DNA of 64,000 nt from an uncultured Chloroflexia bacterium. Its GTDB lineage: Bacteria; Chloroflexota; Limnocylindria; Limnocylindrales; CSP1-4. The translations under genes were made by a program, and so were the position numbers. The DNA lies in assembly GCA_963835845.1 (NCBI GenBank), contig CAWIGT010000009.1, positions 324,949 through 388,948 on the forward strand, read 5' to 3'. Of this stretch, positions 44,128-56,271 are shown in pieces. The notes beneath the pieces were generated by a model. That model did not search any database and was not told where the DNA came from. It saw nothing but the letters and a program-made list of their open reading frames with translations. The first letter of the stretch is position 1, and every line of letters begins with the position of its first letter.

Positions 44128-44826
44128 TCAGTCGAGGTCGGGGCGTCGCAGAACGTAGCCGACGCCGCGAACCGTCTCCAGGTAGATCGGGTTGGCCGGG
44201 TCGTCCTCGATCTGGGCCCTCAGCCAATGAACGTGAACGTCGACGGTGCGCGTCTCGCCGGCGTAGTCGTAGCCCCAGACCTTCTCCAGGAGCTGGTCGC
44301 GGGTGAAGACGTGGCCGGCGTTGCGGAGCAGGAACAGCAGCAACTCGAAGGCCTTCGGTTTCACCGGCAGGATCTCCGCCCCGCGCAGCAGCCGGCGCCC
44401 CGCCAGATCGACCTTGACCGGGCCGAGATCAACCGTTTCCGCATCCTGCGTCTGAGCCTGCGCCTCAGAGCGGCGCAGCAGAGCCCTGATCCGCGCCAGC
44501 AGCTCGCGGAAACTGAACGGCTTGGTCACGTAATCGTCGGCTCCGAGTTCCAGGCCGACGACCTTGTCCACTTCCGCGCTCTTGGCCGTGAGCATGAGTA
44601 TCGGCACGCCCGACTCGGAGCGGATGATGCGGCAGACCTCGGTCCCGGATATCTGCGGCAGCATCAGATCGAGCAGTATCAGATCCGGACGATGGCGGCG
44701 GAAGGAGTCGACGGCCTCCCGCCCGTCCGCCGCCTGGACGACCGCGAAGCCCTCCTGCTCGAGGCTGTCGGCCAGGGTCTCGCGCAGTATCCGTTCGTCG
44801 TCGACGACGAGGATCGTTCGAGCCAT
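44128..44826 (-). CDS. OmpR-family response regulator (RegX3/PhoP-like), canonical receiver
   Basis: ILVVDDE, DLILLDLMLP, MLTAK and DDYVTKPF. Winged helix: VDVHVHWLRAQIE..TVRGVGY. GGGAGGGA before the ATG. Confidence 0.9.
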   Translation of the reverse strand: MARTILVVDDERILRETLADSLEQEGFAVVQAADGREAVDSFRRHRPDLILLDLMLPQISGTEVCRIIRSESGVPILMLTAKSAEVDKVVGLELGADDYVTKPFSFRELLARIRALLRRSEAQAQTQDAETVDLGPVKVDLAGRRLLRGAEILPVKPKAFELLLFLLRNAGHVFTRDQLLEKVWGYDYAGETRTVDVHVHWLRAQIEDDPANPIYLETVRGVGYVLRRPDLD

Positions 44827-44838
44827 CCGAGTCCCTCC

Positions 44839-46347
44839 CTACTGGGCAGTCGCCGCCCCGGCGGACAGCTTGCCTATCGCGCGGTCGATCCGATCCAGCG
44901 TTCGCTCGATACCCAGGGCGACGACGATGTCGAAGAGCGGTGGCGTGGCGGTGCGTCCGGTAACGGCGACACGGATTGCCATGAACAGGTCCCCGGCCTT
45001 CCAGCCGCGTTCCTCGATCAGGCGCCGGAGCGGCAACTCGATCTCCTCCTTACCCCAGGCTGCCGCGCCGACCGCCGCGAGGATGGTCCGAGCGGCCGAC
45101 AGGCCCGCGGTCGTAGTGGCAGCGTCCCAGCGCTTTGGCACCAGGGCGGTGACGTCCGGATCGACGTCGTTCACGAATAGAAAGCCGACCAGCTCGGCTA
45201 CAGCCGACAACCTGGGCAACCTCTCCTGGACTACCGGCAGAAGAGCCGCGATCTCGTCGTCGGAGGGCATCCATTCGATCCGGCCCGTCTCGAGCGCCTC
45301 GCGCAAGAACGGCCTGAGTCGAGCGACGAGGTCGGGACCCGACAGCTTGCGGATCCACTGGCCGTTCAGCCATTCGAGCCGCTCGCGGTCGAATATCGAC
45401 CCGGCCTTGTTAACGCTGGATATGTCGAAACGCTCGACAAGCTCCTCCAGCGACAGGATTTCCTCCTCGGTGCCCGTCGACCAGCCCAGGAAGGCGAGGT
45501 AGTTTACGAAGGCCTCCGGGATGAAACCCTCGTCCCGGTACGCCGCCACCGCGGTCTGCGCCTTGCGCTTGCTCATCTTGGTCCGGTCCGGGTTGAGGAT
45601 GAGCGGCAGGTGGGCGAACTGTGGAACGGGCGATCCAAGAGCCTCGAACAGCAGGATGTGTTTGGGCGTGTTGGACAGATGGTCCTCGCCGCGGATCACG
45701 TGGCTGATGGCCATGGCCGCATCGTCCACCGCCACGGTGAAGTGGTACAGCGGCGATCCATCCGAGCGCATGATCACCAGATCGCCGCCGAGCGCGGCGG
45801 TATCTATCTCCACGTGGCCTCGGACGATGTCGTCGAAGGCGATCGTCCGATTCTCCGGAATACGGAAGCGGACCACCGGCTTGCGGTCCTCGGCCTCGAA
45901 GGCGGCAACCTGGACCGGCGTCAGATGAGCGCAGCGGCCGTTGTAGCGCGCCGGCAGCCGGGCCGCCTCCTGGCGCTTGCGCTCGGCCTCGAGTTCCTCG
46001 GGCGTGCAGTAGCAGTGGTAGGCCTTGTCCTCGGCCAGAAGACGCCCAGCGGCCTCCTGGTAACGAGTCAGGCGCTGCATCTGGCGGTACGGACCGTACG
46101 CGCCGCGTTCCGGCTCAGCACCTACCGCGGGTCCCTCATCCCAGCGAATGCCGAGCCAGTGCATGCCTTCCAGGATGTCGAGTTCGTAGGCTTGGGTCGA
46201 GCGAACCTGGTCGGTGTCCTCGAGGCGGAAAATGAACGTTCCACCCAGGTGGCGGGCGAACAGGAAGTTGAACAGCGCGGTTCGCGCGGTGCCAAGATGA
46301 AGCGGCCCAGTGGGGCTTGGCGCGATGCGGACGCGAATTTCGGTCAT
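44839..46347 (-). CDS. gltX: Glutamate--tRNA ligase
   Basis: RIAPSPTGPLHLG (HIGH motif) and KMSKRK (KMSKS motif). Confidence 0.95.
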   Translation of the reverse strand: MTEIRVRIAPSPTGPLHLGTARTALFNFLFARHLGGTFIFRLEDTDQVRSTQAYELDILEGMHWLGIRWDEGPAVGAEPERGAYGPYRQMQRLTRYQEAAGRLLAEDKAYHCYCTPEELEAERKRQEAARLPARYNGRCAHLTPVQVAAFEAEDRKPVVRFRIPENRTIAFDDIVRGHVEIDTAALGGDLVIMRSDGSPLYHFTVAVDDAAMAISHVIRGEDHLSNTPKHILLFEALGSPVPQFAHLPLILNPDRTKMSKRKAQTAVAAYRDEGFIPEAFVNYLAFLGWSTGTEEEILSLEELVERFDISSVNKAGSIFDRERLEWLNGQWIRKLSGPDLVARLRPFLREALETGRIEWMPSDDEIAALLPVVQERLPRLSAVAELVGFLFVNDVDPDVTALVPKRWDAATTTAGLSAARTILAAVGAAAWGKEEIELPLRRLIEERGWKAGDLFMAIRVAVTGRTATPPLFDIVVALGIERTLDRIDRAIGKLSAGAATAQ

Positions 46348-46391
46348 GCGACAAGTGTACGGGCAGCGCCGGGTCGCAGGCCGCCGGAGGG

Positions 46392-47483
46392 CTAGAGAAG
46401 CTCTCCCACGGGCGTCAGTTCGAACTCGGCGACTGCCTCACCCACCTGCACCCCGCGCGGGTCCATGGCCACCGGCCGGTGGTACCGGCCCAGGGCGCGC
46501 AGAGCCGCCGGGTCCAGCGCGCCGACCTGCCGGAGCGCCTCGATCGACGCGGCGGAAGACGCCCTCTCGAAACCCGAACCGTCTTCGATCTTGATTGCTA
46601 CGCCCGCGGCCATGGTCCGGCCGCCCCCGACCAGCAGGGCGAAACCGCGCAGCCCTTCGGCGCCTCCCTTGGCCAGGATCCGACCCGGCAAGGCCTTCAT
46701 GACCGAGGTGTCCAGCCGGTCGCGAGTGCCCGCCACCATGTCCGGGTTGGCGATCATGGCGTCGCGGATCCGGCACAGCGCGTCGGCCAGACTGGAGCGG
46801 CTGTCGGAGGCGGGGATCGCCGCCGGGTCCGCCAGCATCGCCATCGCCCGGGCCACTTCGTGAAGTGCGAAGGCGTAGGTTGGGACGCCGCACGCGTCGG
46901 TCGACATGATCAGGAGTTCCGGCATAGTCGAGAAGGCACGCGCGATGGTGGCCTGGTACAGCCGCTGGACGGGGTGGTCGCGCAGCCAGTACTGGTCAAG
47001 CGGCCAGCCGTTCATGCGGCACAGCAGCAGCAACGAGGCGTGCTGACCGGAGCACATGTGCCGGAGCGGACCCGGCTTCTCGCCGTCTCGAGCCAGACGC
47101 GCGGCGGTCAGCGCGTCCAGCGGCACACCTTCCGAGCCGCAGCCGAGGTATTGCTGCGAGATGCCGGCCCGGCGCAGGATCGCCTGGAGCGTCCGCACGT
47201 GCAGGTCTTCGCCGGAATGAGAACCGGCCATGATTGCCAGCTCCGCGTCCGAGAAGTCGAACTCCTCCATGCCACCGGCCTCGACCAGGGCTGCCAGACC
47301 GAACGGCTTCACGGCCGAGCGGAGGTTCACCACCGTGTCCGGATCGCCGAGCACTCGACGGACGGTGCCGTCGAGATCGACTTCGACGATGGCGCCGCGA
47401 TGGCGGCTCTCCACCACTCCCCCGCGGATCTGGTTGACGAGGACGGGCGCGGTTCGGGCCGGCTCCGCGTTCCGCGTCGCCAT
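46392..47483 (-). CDS. Asparaginase II family protein (PF06089-like)
   Basis: PVLVNQIRGGVVESRHRG, AVKPFGLAAL, MAGSHSGE, CSGQHAS, AKGGAEG. The start is uncertain because the frame stays open upstream to 48203. Confidence 0.75.
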   Translation of the reverse strand: MATRNAEPARTAPVLVNQIRGGVVESRHRGAIVEVDLDGTVRRVLGDPDTVVNLRSAVKPFGLAALVEAGGMEEFDFSDAELAIMAGSHSGEDLHVRTLQAILRRAGISQQYLGCGSEGVPLDALTAARLARDGEKPGPLRHMCSGQHASLLLLCRMNGWPLDQYWLRDHPVQRLYQATIARAFSTMPELLIMSTDACGVPTYAFALHEVARAMAMLADPAAIPASDSRSSLADALCRIRDAMIANPDMVAGTRDRLDTSVMKALPGRILAKGGAEGLRGFALLVGGGRTMAAGVAIKIEDGSGFERASSAASIEALRQVGALDPAALRALGRYHRPVAMDPRGVQVGEAVAEFELTPVGELL

Positions 47484-47865
47484 TCTGGGGGCACGGACGT
47501 TCTTGGCCGATGCGGCACGGCCCGCCATGGGCTCGGCGGTCGGATCGGGGGCGGGCGGCACGGCTTGCCCGGGCGTGGACGGCGTCTGAGGGGCGAGCTC
47601 GGACTGATCCTGGGCGCTCTCAGCAAGCCACGAGACGGTCTGGGCCAGCTTGGAGGCTTGTGCCGGCTTGGAACCTGGCACCGCGGGCCTCGACCCCGAC
47701 GCGGACCGCCCGGTCCCTCCCATGGGGTCCGGTTCGGAGCGCGACGGTGCCATCATCCCTCCCGATCGAGGCTGCGCCGCCGCGGCGGCTGGCGTGCCGG
47801 CGGTAAGCGGAAACCGAGCATACTCCCGCCGACGCCCGAGAGCAGCAAGACGACCGTGGCGTCCC

Positions 47866-48993
47866 CTATTCGGTCGTCGCGGCCTCAGGGTGAGCCTCGC
47901 CGGACGTGTAGGCGGATGGTTCCGTCGTGGTTTCTGCGCCGGTGTCGGCCGCCCGAACCGCGGCGGCTTCCGCGTCGGCTGCCGCGGCGGCCGTGGCGGC
48001 GGCTTCGTTCGCCCGGGCCGCAGCCTCTTCTCGTTGCCTCGCCGCTTGCTCCGCACGCCTGACCCGACGTGACGCCAGACGTCCGGTGACGCCGTTCCGC
48101 AGGAGACGCAGCCAGCCGGCGAACGGCGGTCCGCCGAAAGCGACGACCGCGACGACGAGCAGGACCAGCTGGTCGGCGCCGAGGGGACCCAGGACATGGG
48201 CATCGCGCCAGGTGAAGGCGGCGGCGAACCGGACGAGAGCCCACAGCCCGAGGGCGGTCAGGGCGCGCCGGGCGCCCGAGAGCGCACTCCACTCCCGTCG
48301 TGGGTCCAGGCCGGGCCGCACGATCGAGCCCCATTTCCTGAGCCGCAGCCGGAGCAGAAACGGAAAGACGAGGATCAGCACCGCGACGGCCAGAACCAGG
48401 GCGCCTTCGAGGATCTGGGACGGGACCGCCGGACTGTCGGCGTTGAGACTGCCCCACGGACCCTGGCCCGCGTAGCTCGTCGCCCAGGACGCGTCGGAGA
48501 AGGCTCCCTGGCCGGATCCGCCGAGCGCCATCGCCAGCTTCCCCAGGCCGAGCCCGATCAGCACGGGCACGGTCGCCACGGCGAGCCAGCGGCCGACGGG
48601 CACGGCCAGGAGGCGGGCCACGCTGACGGCGGCAACGAGTCCCCCGACCACGGCCAGGGTCAAGCCCAGGCCGCCTTGCGCCGGGTCGGCGATAGCGCCG
48701 ATATCGGCCGAGTAGAAGTCCCAGTGGATCAGCGCGTAGCCGAGCCGCGCACCGACGATCGCCCCGGGCAGCGCGCCGAAGGCCATGAGGATCAGGTCGT
48801 CGCGTCGCAGGGTCCGAACGGCGTTCGCCGGGTCGTCCTGGATGCCGCCGTCCCGTCCCAGCCGGCCCGAATTCAGGCCTATTAGGAGCAGCACCAGGAA
48901 GATGACGCCGGCCAGAGCGAGGGTCTCGAGTCGAATGGACAGGCCGAGGGCGTTCGAGGTCGGATCGAAGTCGAGGTGGATGGCGGCAAGCAT
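47866..48993 (-). CDS. Lgt-like polytopic membrane protein lacking the Lgt GRxGNFxNxE signature, with an Ala/Glu/Arg-rich C-terminal tail
   Basis: Collinear by eye with the canonical Lgt at 53173-54312, but has GLGKLAMALGGSGQG where that protein has AIGRWGNFMNQELFG. Confidence 0.6.
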   Translation of the reverse strand: MLAAIHLDFDPTSNALGLSIRLETLALAGVIFLVLLLIGLNSGRLGRDGGIQDDPANAVRTLRRDDLILMAFGALPGAIVGARLGYALIHWDFYSADIGAIADPAQGGLGLTLAVVGGLVAAVSVARLLAVPVGRWLAVATVPVLIGLGLGKLAMALGGSGQGAFSDASWATSYAGQGPWGSLNADSPAVPSQILEGALVLAVAVLILVFPFLLRLRLRKWGSIVRPGLDPRREWSALSGARRALTALGLWALVRFAAAFTWRDAHVLGPLGADQLVLLVVAVVAFGGPPFAGWLRLLRNGVTGRLASRRVRRAEQAARQREEAAARANEAAATAAAAADAEAAAVRAADTGAETTTEPSAYTSGEAHPEAATTE

Positions 48994-49455
48994 CGCCCGA
49001 GTTTACCGGTACGAGGGGGTCGGGGTCGCTTGCGGCCGTCTGCAGCCCTGTCATTCGAGCCGGGTGTCGGTCAGCCGACAGGTTCGATGTCGGGTGGGCG
49101 CTCCGGCTGGCTCGTCGGTACGTGGCTTCATACGCGTATCGGATGAGGCCGAGGCAACTCCGGAGTCACTCCGATTCATTTGGGGGGAGATCGCCCGATG
49201 TGCGGCCAACACCGCCACCGAGGGGGATCGGACGGCCAATCTGCGCTGGTCCCGGGAATCCGGGGGGCCGGGACCGGCGCAACTACTGACAGGCCCCTGG
49301 GAAGCCCCGGCTGGACGGGACCGCCGGGGCTTTCCGATTATCCGGGCCTCGGGTGGCCACCTTTGCCCGGCCGTGCGGCCATCCAGCCGCGCCGGCGGCA
49401 CCGACCGCTCAAGACAGGCCGGACCGACCGAGCTTTCGAACCCCCGAACCGTCGA

Positions 49456-52447
<2,992 letters not shown>

Positions 52448-52876
52448 CGTTGTCTCCTCGCTGTTCCCCGGGGGCATGACCCGCATCGCGCGAAACGAGC
52501 CAGGCAGCGGTTCGTGGCAGCGTAGAGGCGGGGCGACATTTATGTCTAAGGTTGCGTCGGTATTCGGGGACGTGGGGAATTGTAAGGAGCGGGACCGCCC
52601 CGACGCAAACTCCGCTCGTTGCGGGTCGCCGGGTCGTCCCGCATGTCGGACCGCGATCGCAGGCCCGAGGCCCGTTTTGGAGGCGCGGCTCCGGGTCGGG
52701 CTCGCCTGCCGGAGCCGAGCCGCGGCCCGGCTGTCCGGCCTCGTCCGAGGTGGCCTTCCGCTTCGCCATTACCGCCCGTTCGGGGCGTAGGCGACCGGGA
52801 TACGATTCTCTGCTCGAAGACCCGCACGTGGTTGGTGCAGTCCTGCCGGCGGGCCGATCTGGAGCGGAGGCGTCCC

Positions 52877-53281
52877 ATGATCGCATTCCTCATCGACCTC
52901 GAGAACCGCACCGGCACTGCCGCCGACGTCGCCGAGGACATCGCCGAGCGCGGCGTCAACATCACCGGCGGCGCCGGAATCGGCTCGGGCAACGCCGGCC
53001 ATATGGCCGTGGCCACCAACGACGAAGCGGCAACGCGCCGGGTCCTGCTGGGCGGCGGCTACAAGTTCCGCGAGATCGAGATCGTTCCGTTGACGCTGGC
53101 CGACACCCCCGGCGCATTCGCGAGAGCGTGCCGAGCGCTGGCCGACGCCAGAATCAACATCGACGCGGCATTTCAGATGAATGGCACGGGCGAACGGAAC
53201 ACCATCGCCTTCGCCACGGACGATCCGGTGAAGGCTCGCTCGATCCTGGGCCAGAAATCCCTGGCGAGCACGAACCGCTGA
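52877..53281 (+). CDS. ACT-domain protein (tandem ACT-like halves)
   Basis: 134 aa, GGAGCGGAGG before the ATG. A beta-alpha-beta-beta-alpha-beta pattern occurs twice. Confidence 0.6.
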   Translation: MIAFLIDLENRTGTAADVAEDIAERGVNITGGAGIGSGNAGHMAVATNDEAATRRVLLGGGYKFREIEIVPLTLADTPGAFARACRALADARINIDAAFQMNGTGERNTIAFATDDPVKARSILGQKSLASTNR

Positions 53282-54312
53282 CCGCGCTGATCGGCCGTCG
53301 CCGGCCTGTCGAGCCAGCGTAGGGTTCGGGGCCACCGACGGCCCAAGGCCGCGTCGCCAGCCGGTTCCTTCGAAAACGCCGGCTTCTTAGTCGCGGGCGC
53401 CGGTTCCGCAGGTTCAGCAGTTCCGGCCGGATCTGATGGTGGAGTCAGTGGCTCCGCCTCGGCCGGCGTCGGGCTCTCGGGATGGTGGCGCACGTACCAG
53501 TGACGGATGACGATCGCCACGATCGCCGCCAGGGCGGCACCCAGGCCTACCAGCTGCGCCGTCGCAAGACCGAAGAACGTCCAGTTGTAGCCGGTCCGGA
53601 ACGTCTCGAGCAGGCTCCGCTCGACCCCATACCAGACGAAGTAGATCAGACCGACGTCACCTGCGATCAGGAGCCGGTGGTGCGCGGTGAAGCGGCGCCA
53701 CAGGTAGATCATCACGAACACGCCGATCAGGCTCAGCATCGACTCGTAGAAGAAGAGCGGGATGAAGTGCTCGCCGAGAGTGTCGGTGGGCGCCGAACCG
53801 GCCGGGCATGGCCATGGGGTGACGGCCCGGTACTGGCACTGGATGGCGATTCCCCAGGGCAGGTTCGTGGGCGGGCCGAACAGTTCCTGATTCATGAAGT
53901 TGCCCCAACGGCCGATCGCCTGGGCAACCAGGATGCACGGGGCGATGATGTCCCCCCAGCGCCAGAACGAAACGTGGTAATGGCGAGTCAGCCAGATGAC
54001 CGTCAGTAGACCGGTGAACAGCCCGCCATAGATGCCCAGCCCGCTGTAGGGCGGCAACACGATCTGGGCCAGGTGGTCCTTGTAGTAGGCCCATTGATCG
54101 ATGACGTGGTAGGCGCGACCGCCGATCAGTGCCGCGATCGCCACGATGATCAGACCGTCGAGCAGGAAATCGGTCCTCTCGCCACGCTGGCGGGCCAGGC
54201 GCAGGGCCAACCATGCCCCGACCAGGATCGCAACGACGTAGGCGACGCCATACCAGCGAACCTCGAGCGGGCCGAACGCAAACGCAACCGGGTTGGGCGT
54301 GAAATCGATCAT
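53173..54312 (-). CDS. lgt: Prolipoprotein diacylglyceryl transferase
   Basis: AIGRWGNFMNQELFG signature, YGGLFTG and FFYES. The Pro/Ala/Glu-rich C-terminal tail runs 109 nt into the convergent ACT gene. Confidence 0.85.
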   Translation of the reverse strand: MIDFTPNPVAFAFGPLEVRWYGVAYVVAILVGAWLALRLARQRGERTDFLLDGLIIVAIAALIGGRAYHVIDQWAYYKDHLAQIVLPPYSGLGIYGGLFTGLLTVIWLTRHYHVSFWRWGDIIAPCILVAQAIGRWGNFMNQELFGPPTNLPWGIAIQCQYRAVTPWPCPAGSAPTDTLGEHFIPLFFYESMLSLIGVFVMIYLWRRFTAHHRLLIAGDVGLIYFVWYGVERSLLETFRTGYNWTFFGLATAQLVGLGAALAAIVAIVIRHWYVRHHPESPTPAEAEPLTPPSDPAGTAEPAEPAPATKKPAFSKEPAGDAALGRRWPRTLRWLDRPATADQRGQRFVLARDFWPRIERAFTGSSVAKAMVFRSPVPFI

Positions 54313-54462
54313 GGTCGGACAGTGTACCGGCCGAACGGCGTGGCTCGCAGCACCCGGCACTCTACGTATACTGGCCGGGACTTCGGGCTGCGATCGGCCG
54401 GCGCCAATCCCGCCGGGTTCGCCAACGGCCCCCGACCAACCGCCCAGGGAAGGGCTTCGAAG

Positions 54463-54783
54463 ATGCCTTACTACTTCTTCTTCGCGCTACTCGGTCTGGT
54501 GATCGGCGGACTGCTCACGTGGTTCTTCCTCGCCGACCACCCCTTCGAGTCGGTCGAGACGCCCGGAGGCCCGGTCGACATGGTCGAAGCCTCGTTGCTG
54601 GCCAGGGACATGGCCGCCGACGGCGTAACCATCGATGAGGCCACGATCATCAAGGTGCTCAACCTGCACGGCGCCTACGTGGACGGCAAGATCCGCGAAG
54701 CCGAAGCGGCCGCGGAGGCGGCCCGCGTCGAGGTAGCGCGGACCCAGGCCAGCCAGGAGCAGACCCACAAAGACGCCGTCTGA
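54463..54783 (+). CDS. Small single-pass membrane protein, unknown function
   Basis: MPYYFFFALLGLVIGGLLTWFFL TM helix followed by an acidic/Ala-rich soluble part. Confidence 0.5.
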   Translation: MPYYFFFALLGLVIGGLLTWFFLADHPFESVETPGGPVDMVEASLLARDMAADGVTIDEATIIKVLNLHGAYVDGKIREAEAAAEAARVEVARTQASQEQTHKDAV

Positions 54784-54856
54784 AACCTCCGGCGGCGCAG
54801 GCTCGCGCGGGTCCCGCCTGGGGCGGCTGCGCCACGTCGGCCGCAGGCGTTCGGCC

Positions 54857-55624
54857 CTAGGCGACGGTGCCCACGTGCAGCGCGACCGCACCCAGTGCCA
54901 GGCGCTTGAACGTGACGTCCCTCAGACCCGCCCGGCGCATCGTGGCGGCGATGTCCTGGGGCGCCGGGAACCCCTCCAGAGAGTGCGGCAGGTAGGCATA
55001 CGCGGCGCGCCGGCGAAAGAGCGTGCCCAATACCGGCGCCGTGATCCGAAACACGCCCGTGTACACCCGGCCCATGAAGCGTGGCCGAGGCACCGACAGC
55101 TCCAGGCAGACCACCCGTCCCCCACTGCGGACGGCTCGCGCCATCTCGCGGAACCCGTCTTCGAAACTGGACAGGTTGCGCAACCCGAAGGCAATCGTGG
55201 CCGCGTCGAACGTGCCGTCTTCGACCGGCAGGGCCAGAGCGTTGCCTTGCCGGAACTCGACGCCGGCCAGTTCCCCGTAAGCGCGCCGCGCTTCGTCGAG
55301 CATCGCGGGCGATAGATCGATGCCTACCACGCGCCCTTCCGAGCCGACGGCGACGGCCAGCGCCGCGGTGAGCTTGCCCGTGCCGCAGGCGACGTCCAGG
55401 GCGGTTCCGCCCTTGCATACGTGTGCCGCTCGAACGGCGGCCCGGCGCCAGCGACCGTCCATCCCGGCCGTCATGAGCGTGTTCATCCGGTCGTAGACGG
55501 GCGCGATCGAATCGAACAGGTTGGTGACTCGAGGCTCGGGCACGGTGTTTCCCGTTCGGCTGGCGGCGGAGGCCGCCTTGTCGCCGGCGACTGGCTTCTC
55601 GGCCGGTCGGTCCGTGCCGGTCAC
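54857..55624 (-). CDS. ubiE: Demethylmenaquinone/ubiquinone methyltransferase (UbiE/MenG)
   Basis: FDSIAPVYDRMN, SAM motif LDVACGTGK, FGLRN. The GTG start overlaps the lrp stop codon (GTGA). Confidence 0.85.
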   Translation of the reverse strand: MTGTDRPAEKPVAGDKAASAASRTGNTVPEPRVTNLFDSIAPVYDRMNTLMTAGMDGRWRRAAVRAAHVCKGGTALDVACGTGKLTAALAVAVGSEGRVVGIDLSPAMLDEARRAYGELAGVEFRQGNALALPVEDGTFDAATIAFGLRNLSSFEDGFREMARAVRSGGRVVCLELSVPRPRFMGRVYTGVFRITAPVLGTLFRRRAAYAYLPHSLEGFPAPQDIAATMRRAGLRDVTFKRLALGAVALHVGTVA

Positions 55625-56121
55625 GATCCGGCCGAGCTCGGCAGCGGCTCGGGCTCGCGCGTCAGCCGGAGTGGTCGGCGCTCGAACGCGCTCGAGAAGA
55701 CGACCTGCGTTTCCGTGGTGAAGACGTGCGGGACCTGCTGGATAGCGTGCAGCACGCGCTCGAGGTGGCGTGTGTCGGTCGCTCGGACTTTGAGCAGATA
55801 GTCGGCCTCGCCGGCGAGATGGTGGCACTCCTCGATCTCGTCGATGTCGATGAAGTCGCCGGTCATGTCGGTCGCGATCGTCCCGGGAACCTGCTTGATG
55901 AAGATGAAGGCCAGCACGCTGTACCCCAGGAGAGGCGGATCGACCATGGCGGCGTAGCCGCGGATGATGCCGCGCGCCTCCAGCTTCTTGACCCGCTCAT
56001 GCACGGACGGCCCGCTCATGCCGACCGCCAGCCCGACCTCCGCATAAGACTCGCGTCCGTCGCGCTGCAGGAGTTCCAGGATCTTTGCGTCTGTCTCGTC
56101 CATCCGATCGAAAGCGCCCAT
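55621..56121 (-). CDS. Lrp/AsnC family transcriptional regulator
   Basis: DAKILELLQRDGRESYAEVGLAVGMSGPSVHERVKKLE HTH region plus an ASNC/RAM domain. Confidence 0.85.
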   Translation of the reverse strand: MGAFDRMDETDAKILELLQRDGRESYAEVGLAVGMSGPSVHERVKKLEARGIIRGYAAMVDPPLLGYSVLAFIFIKQVPGTIATDMTGDFIDIDEIEECHHLAGEADYLLKVRATDTRHLERVLHAIQQVPHVFTTETQVVFSSAFERRPLRLTREPEPLPSSAGS

Positions 56122-56271
56122 TTCGTCTGCGTCCCCGGGCCGAATGCAAGAGGCATCCAACGCGCCCCGAGTGCAGCCTATCCGATCCTCGGAAAATCGA
56201 CATTCGGCGCAGCCGTCGAAACCGCGCCCGCCGCGGGGAAGGGCCTGCCGGCGTCCGGCCCGGCCGGCGAT

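Noticed and set aside
47484-48203. N-terminal 240 codons of the 603-aa ORF containing asparaginase II
   Set aside because: The part above 47866 overlaps the Lgt-like gene in another frame. Asparaginase II homology starts at MATRNAEP..PVLVNQIRGG (47483). The stretch 47484-47760 is coding-like and could be an N-terminal extension, so the start remains uncertain.
49299-49336. RNase P RNA-like GGAAAGCCCCGG on the minus strand (compare the conserved GGAAAGUCCGGGC)
   Set aside because: The surrounding sequence lacks the other universally conserved RNase P blocks, and the match is only partial. I treat it as a generic GC hairpin.
49431-49450. tRNA T-loop-like GGTTCGAAA on the minus strand
   Set aside because: The flanks cannot form a complementary T-stem, and no acceptor or anticodon arms can be drawn.
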